This document shows, piece after piece, positions 59,906-64,000 of a stretch of DNA of 64,000 bases. The DNA is from Eledone cirrhosa (taxonomy: Eukaryota). The stretch's first letter is position 1. Each line of letters opens with the position of its first letter. The DNA is taken from contig OZ024746.1 of the NCBI GenBank assembly GCA_964016885.1, positions 73,036,001 through 73,100,000 of the forward strand, given 5' to 3'. The notes beneath the pieces were generated by a model. That model had not been told where the DNA came from. It made no database searches and saw nothing but the letters and a program-made list of their open reading frames with translations. The translations under genes were made by a program, and so were the position numbers.

Positions 59906-60095
59906 GGCAGTGGTTTGGCACTATCGGCAGAGCGTTGGACGCCATGCTTTGTAGCATAGAGTTACGGCCCTTTACGTTCTGAGTTCAAATCCCGCTGAGG
60001 TTAACTTTGCCTTTCATCCTTACGGGGTCGATAAAATAAAGTACCAGTAATGTACTGGGTAATTGCTGGCCTTGTGCCAAAAGTAGAAACAATTA
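59906..60095 (+). mobile_element. tRNA-derived SINE (another diverged copy ~61828-61985)
   Basis: Same family as 16174. Confidence 0.88.
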
Positions 60096-62959
60096 TTGTT
60101 GTTCTGAGCCCCACTGGCTCGCATCAAGTTAACCCATGGTCAAAGACATTCCAGTCATAATTATTCTCTCTTATTTTCAGGCATATTGTACCCTAAACTA
60201 TATTACAGAATGTATTGAAACTAGTTGACGCCTGCCGTCAATAATGATGGCAATTTTTGGAGTTCAGGATTGCTATGCCATATATATACCAGGATTCACT
60301 GGATATGTGAACGACCACACAAACTGGTAAATTTGCGTTTTGACAAATTAATAGCTTGCATAATAGAAGTCCAGTAGTTTATGTTAATTACTGACACGTG
60401 GGCATGCTTAAAGATAAGAATGATTGTTTAATAGTTCAGTTAATACGAAGCATCGTGAGATATGTAGTAAAAGACCGATACTTTACAAAAAGCCGGTGCA
60501 GTAGAACAATACGAAGGGTAAATGATGACAAATAAAACAAAACAAAGTAATGTTTTACCCAATGTATTCTAACATGATTTTTCAGTTGTATAGCCTCTTT
60601 TCAAATGCGAATCTAAAACAGTTTGAAATAAAACAAAACGAACGATCGATGTGTTCTTCTCTAAGGCCTTTTAAGGAAGAATACATCGATTATTCGTCTA
60701 ATAACAGGACATATAAGACCCCTGAATGGAAAGAAATGGACATTAGCACACGTGGGGGTCGAACTCACACTTCCTGCTTACCGGACAAAATGATGATAAT
60801 TTTTCCGTTGCTTCTTTTTTGTAGGTAGTTAGTGGGTGTAATCTGTGAAAAATGTTGCAGAAAGTATCAACTCATGTAGGAAAAAGTTGAAAGATAGTTC
60901 TTCTCCAGGCTATCGTATGTCAGCTATCGTCTTGTCTTTCATTCCATGGAAATATTTGAGCTTACTTTTGCAAACGAAATGACTTTCGTTAATTATTTAG
61001 TACTGCACGTGCTGCTTATAATTGAACCTTTCATCAACTCATGGTACTTGGTTATAACAAAGCAAACTTGATAATTGGAAATCTCTTTAACAGATACTTA
61101 ACATAACTGATGATTTAAGAATTAAAGTAGACTTAATTTCAAGTGCCTATTTCACCTTTTAGACATCTAAGTAGTTTGCATATATGAACAAGAATTTATG
61201 AACAGATCCAGGTGTAAATGAATACTCTACTGTTAAAAGTGCTTTGGTAACATTCCTTAAATAATTGAGATAACCATACTGAAAATTTACTACGTTAATT
61301 TGCTAAGCCTGACCAGTGAGCAAGCAACAAGGTGCTCATGAGCTATAACACTTTTGCAGTGACCTATGGTGAAAAAGAAACTCTATTACGGAACAAAAAC
61401 CCAAATGCAGAAGTAACAAAATGGGACTAAATCCATCAAAGTGAAAAAATAATGAAAAAGACTTAAGTTTAAAGACAAACAAAAGAAGTCCCCACACAGA
61501 AGGTTTTCACTTGATTTTTGCCTTGAGCTCAAGCTAACCACAGTGATACTGGATAGTCGAACACAAAGTCAAATTGTCAACTCATTTTAATTAATGTAGT
61601 AGAACCCCACATCTATATTACAGTGAGTTGAAGAAATTCAGTCTACTGAGATTATTCAACTATGTAATTGTAACTAACACTCAATAAATGTGCTTAAAAT
61701 ATAAATACGTCAGCTGATTTTACCTCAATAAAGGCAACGCAGATTGAAATGATTCTACTACTTAAAGCCAACAGGTGAAAGCAACGAACATGTTTCTGTT
61801 ATTTTAGCTACCCTTAACACTAAAAGTAGGCAGCGAATTCGCAGTTATTAAAACGTTGGATAGAGTGCTTTGCGATATTTGTTTCGGATCTATGCCCTTT
61901 AAGTTCAAATCTCACCGAGGTCAACTTTGTCTATCATCCTTTTGGGGTCGATAAAAGAATCACCATTCTAGTACTGGGGTCGATTCTCCCTTTCTGCTTC
62001 TTTCTCACCTTCTCTTTATCACTCTCTCCTTCTCTGGAAGAAACCAGCTGTGTTCAAACCTGGAGAGGCGATGAACTCCAGTAGGTTTAAAATGCTCAAA
62101 GATACTCCGTATGTCACTACGGCGTACCTATGACTCCATCGAGAGTTAGGGATTCATACAAACTACTAAAATTATGTTATTAGTTTAATGCATGCGTTAC
62201 TTTTACCAGCTAAGACACGACCAAATCAATCTGACTATTTTAAAGGTTAATTAAATTGGTCACAGAGGTTGAATGGAGGATCTCCAGATCAGAAACCTTT
62301 TCGATGTGAATCCTTCGTAATCATTGCGCGTCTGATATTTAAATTTAGAAAACCTAAACATAATAAATACGGGAGATCTAGAATAAGAATAATGAAGTAC
62401 TAGGGTGTGACTATCCTATGCCTATTCACTACATGAGTCAATATCAATTATGATGTTTATTTAAAAAACTTTCTTGAACAATATATCTATAAAGTAGCTG
62501 TGTTATGCCGATTTTATTCATTCAGGTTTTGCAATAAAGTGAGGTTATCGTTGTTGTTTGGGAGAATTGGAGGGGCATACATAAGCGGAGATGTTCAGTT
62601 ACACACCTATTTGTTTCTGATTAATCATGAGTGAAGCATATGCAATGTCAGGTATAGCTAACATAAAACTAGCGATCTCCTACCAGTTGGTTGACATGAA
62701 TTTCCATATGGTCTAGAGGATGAAAGGGCGTTGATTAATTCACACCTTGTGTAGTTATTAAGGCAGTTGTCGGATGGTATACGTTGATATAGTTATGGTC
62801 TGGTAGTGGATTCTTTTGGAGGAGGGTTATACTGAGATCAAACGTGTTTGAGGCTGTCCAATTTGTCTTTCGTTTCTAATACGCTGTGTAAGCTATGAGT
62901 GAGGTAGGGATGAGCATGTTGTGTTACCGTGTGACGTAATATCCAGGGAGAATACAACT

Positions 62960-63330
62960 ATAATATCACCTCTCTGCAGCCATTGTATGTTTCTTTCACG
63001 TGTTTTTGTTAATACCTTCTCAATTTTAGACCGTCGAGGGATGCGCACAGAACAACGAATACACCTGAAGTTTCTCGTCTGGCTGAAAAAAAACTCGGAA
63101 TATAGAAGCACTAGGAATACTGCAACAAGTGTACGGAGATGAAATGACGTCGCACTCACGGGTTTTTGGGTGGCACAAAAGGTGAAAGACGTCCCCAAGA
63201 ACGGAAGGCCTTCAACGAGCAGGACTGAAGCCAAAGTTGATTATTTCGAAGGGGAAAACTTGTAGTTTGTAGTTTGGATTTGAAAATGTTTTTGCAACCG
63301 CAGTAATATTTCTTTTCTGACACCTCTCCT
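62960..63330 (+). mobile_element. Internally deleted mariner transposon remnant
   Basis: EQRIHLKFLV, YGDE...RVFGWHKR and GRPSTS joined directly to DYFEG. Confidence 0.7.
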
Positions 63331-64000
63331 ACTGTAGTGGCAGTTATTTCTAGCATAGTAGGTCTAATGACACGGTTGGTATCCCTTAGTTTGCTTCTCC
63401 AGGGAACATATTTACTAATAATATCAAGTAACCCGGAAACGAAATTTTGATGTATCTCAATCTGCGGGTGCCTTAAATTGTACTGTATAGCACTAACCAC
63501 TTTGTAAAGAATCCATATTGCTTTAAGAATTCTCTAAATTAAAAGTTACATAAAAATATAAATAGAATATTTTTCTTAGAAAAAATTTAAAAGAGATAAA
63601 AATTCTTATTCCTGTCACTCTAGAGAGATCCATAAAGTTTTGTTTTTATTCAAATGTTCGTTTTCGCAATTTATATATTTTATCATTTATTTTTAGTTTT
63701 ATTCGTTCTGTATTGCGGATAGCTAAATAAATATTATTGATTTTCACTCGTTGTCCTTCAAGCAGGGAGTGTCAATTTAGTACAAGATGAAAAGTTTCAA
63801 TACACAAACACACAAGTTTATATATGCTTATACATACATATATACATACACATATGTATGTGCATATGTTTGTAAGTCTGTATATATGTGCGTGCGTGTA
63901 TGTATATATCGATTTTTTTTGAAAAATTTCATATCAATAATAACCACGTAGACTATTAATTTATAAATCTCGCTCCCAATTATATGTTGAGAAGTCTGTA

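Overview
AT-rich, microsatellite-dense animal genomic DNA; the repeat content looks like a coleoid cephalopod or octopus (inference). The only intact host gene is a rhodopsin-class neuropeptide-type GPCR with a single coding exon (31010-32131, minus). The rest is mobile DNA: a near full-length decayed Tx1/L1-like LINE in (TATC)n plus two 3' fragments, RTE and R4/Dong-like LINE fossils, a hAT fossil, mariner remnants, non-autonomous Helitrons and about a dozen tRNA-derived SINEs. The most striking signal is at least 15 fold-back (palindromic) insertions from several sequence-unrelated families, nearly all in (TA)n tracts. Three carry Penelope-type GIY-YIG remnants and many carry type I hammerhead ribozyme motifs. 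They share one architecture: one arm stops a few nt before a conserved ACTC...GAGT stem that starts a one-sided tail of about 70-130 nt. Two families have a compensatory U3-A8 hammerhead core (UUGAAAA). Nearly all short ORFs in the supplied track are microsatellite noise. All alignments and folds were done by eye.
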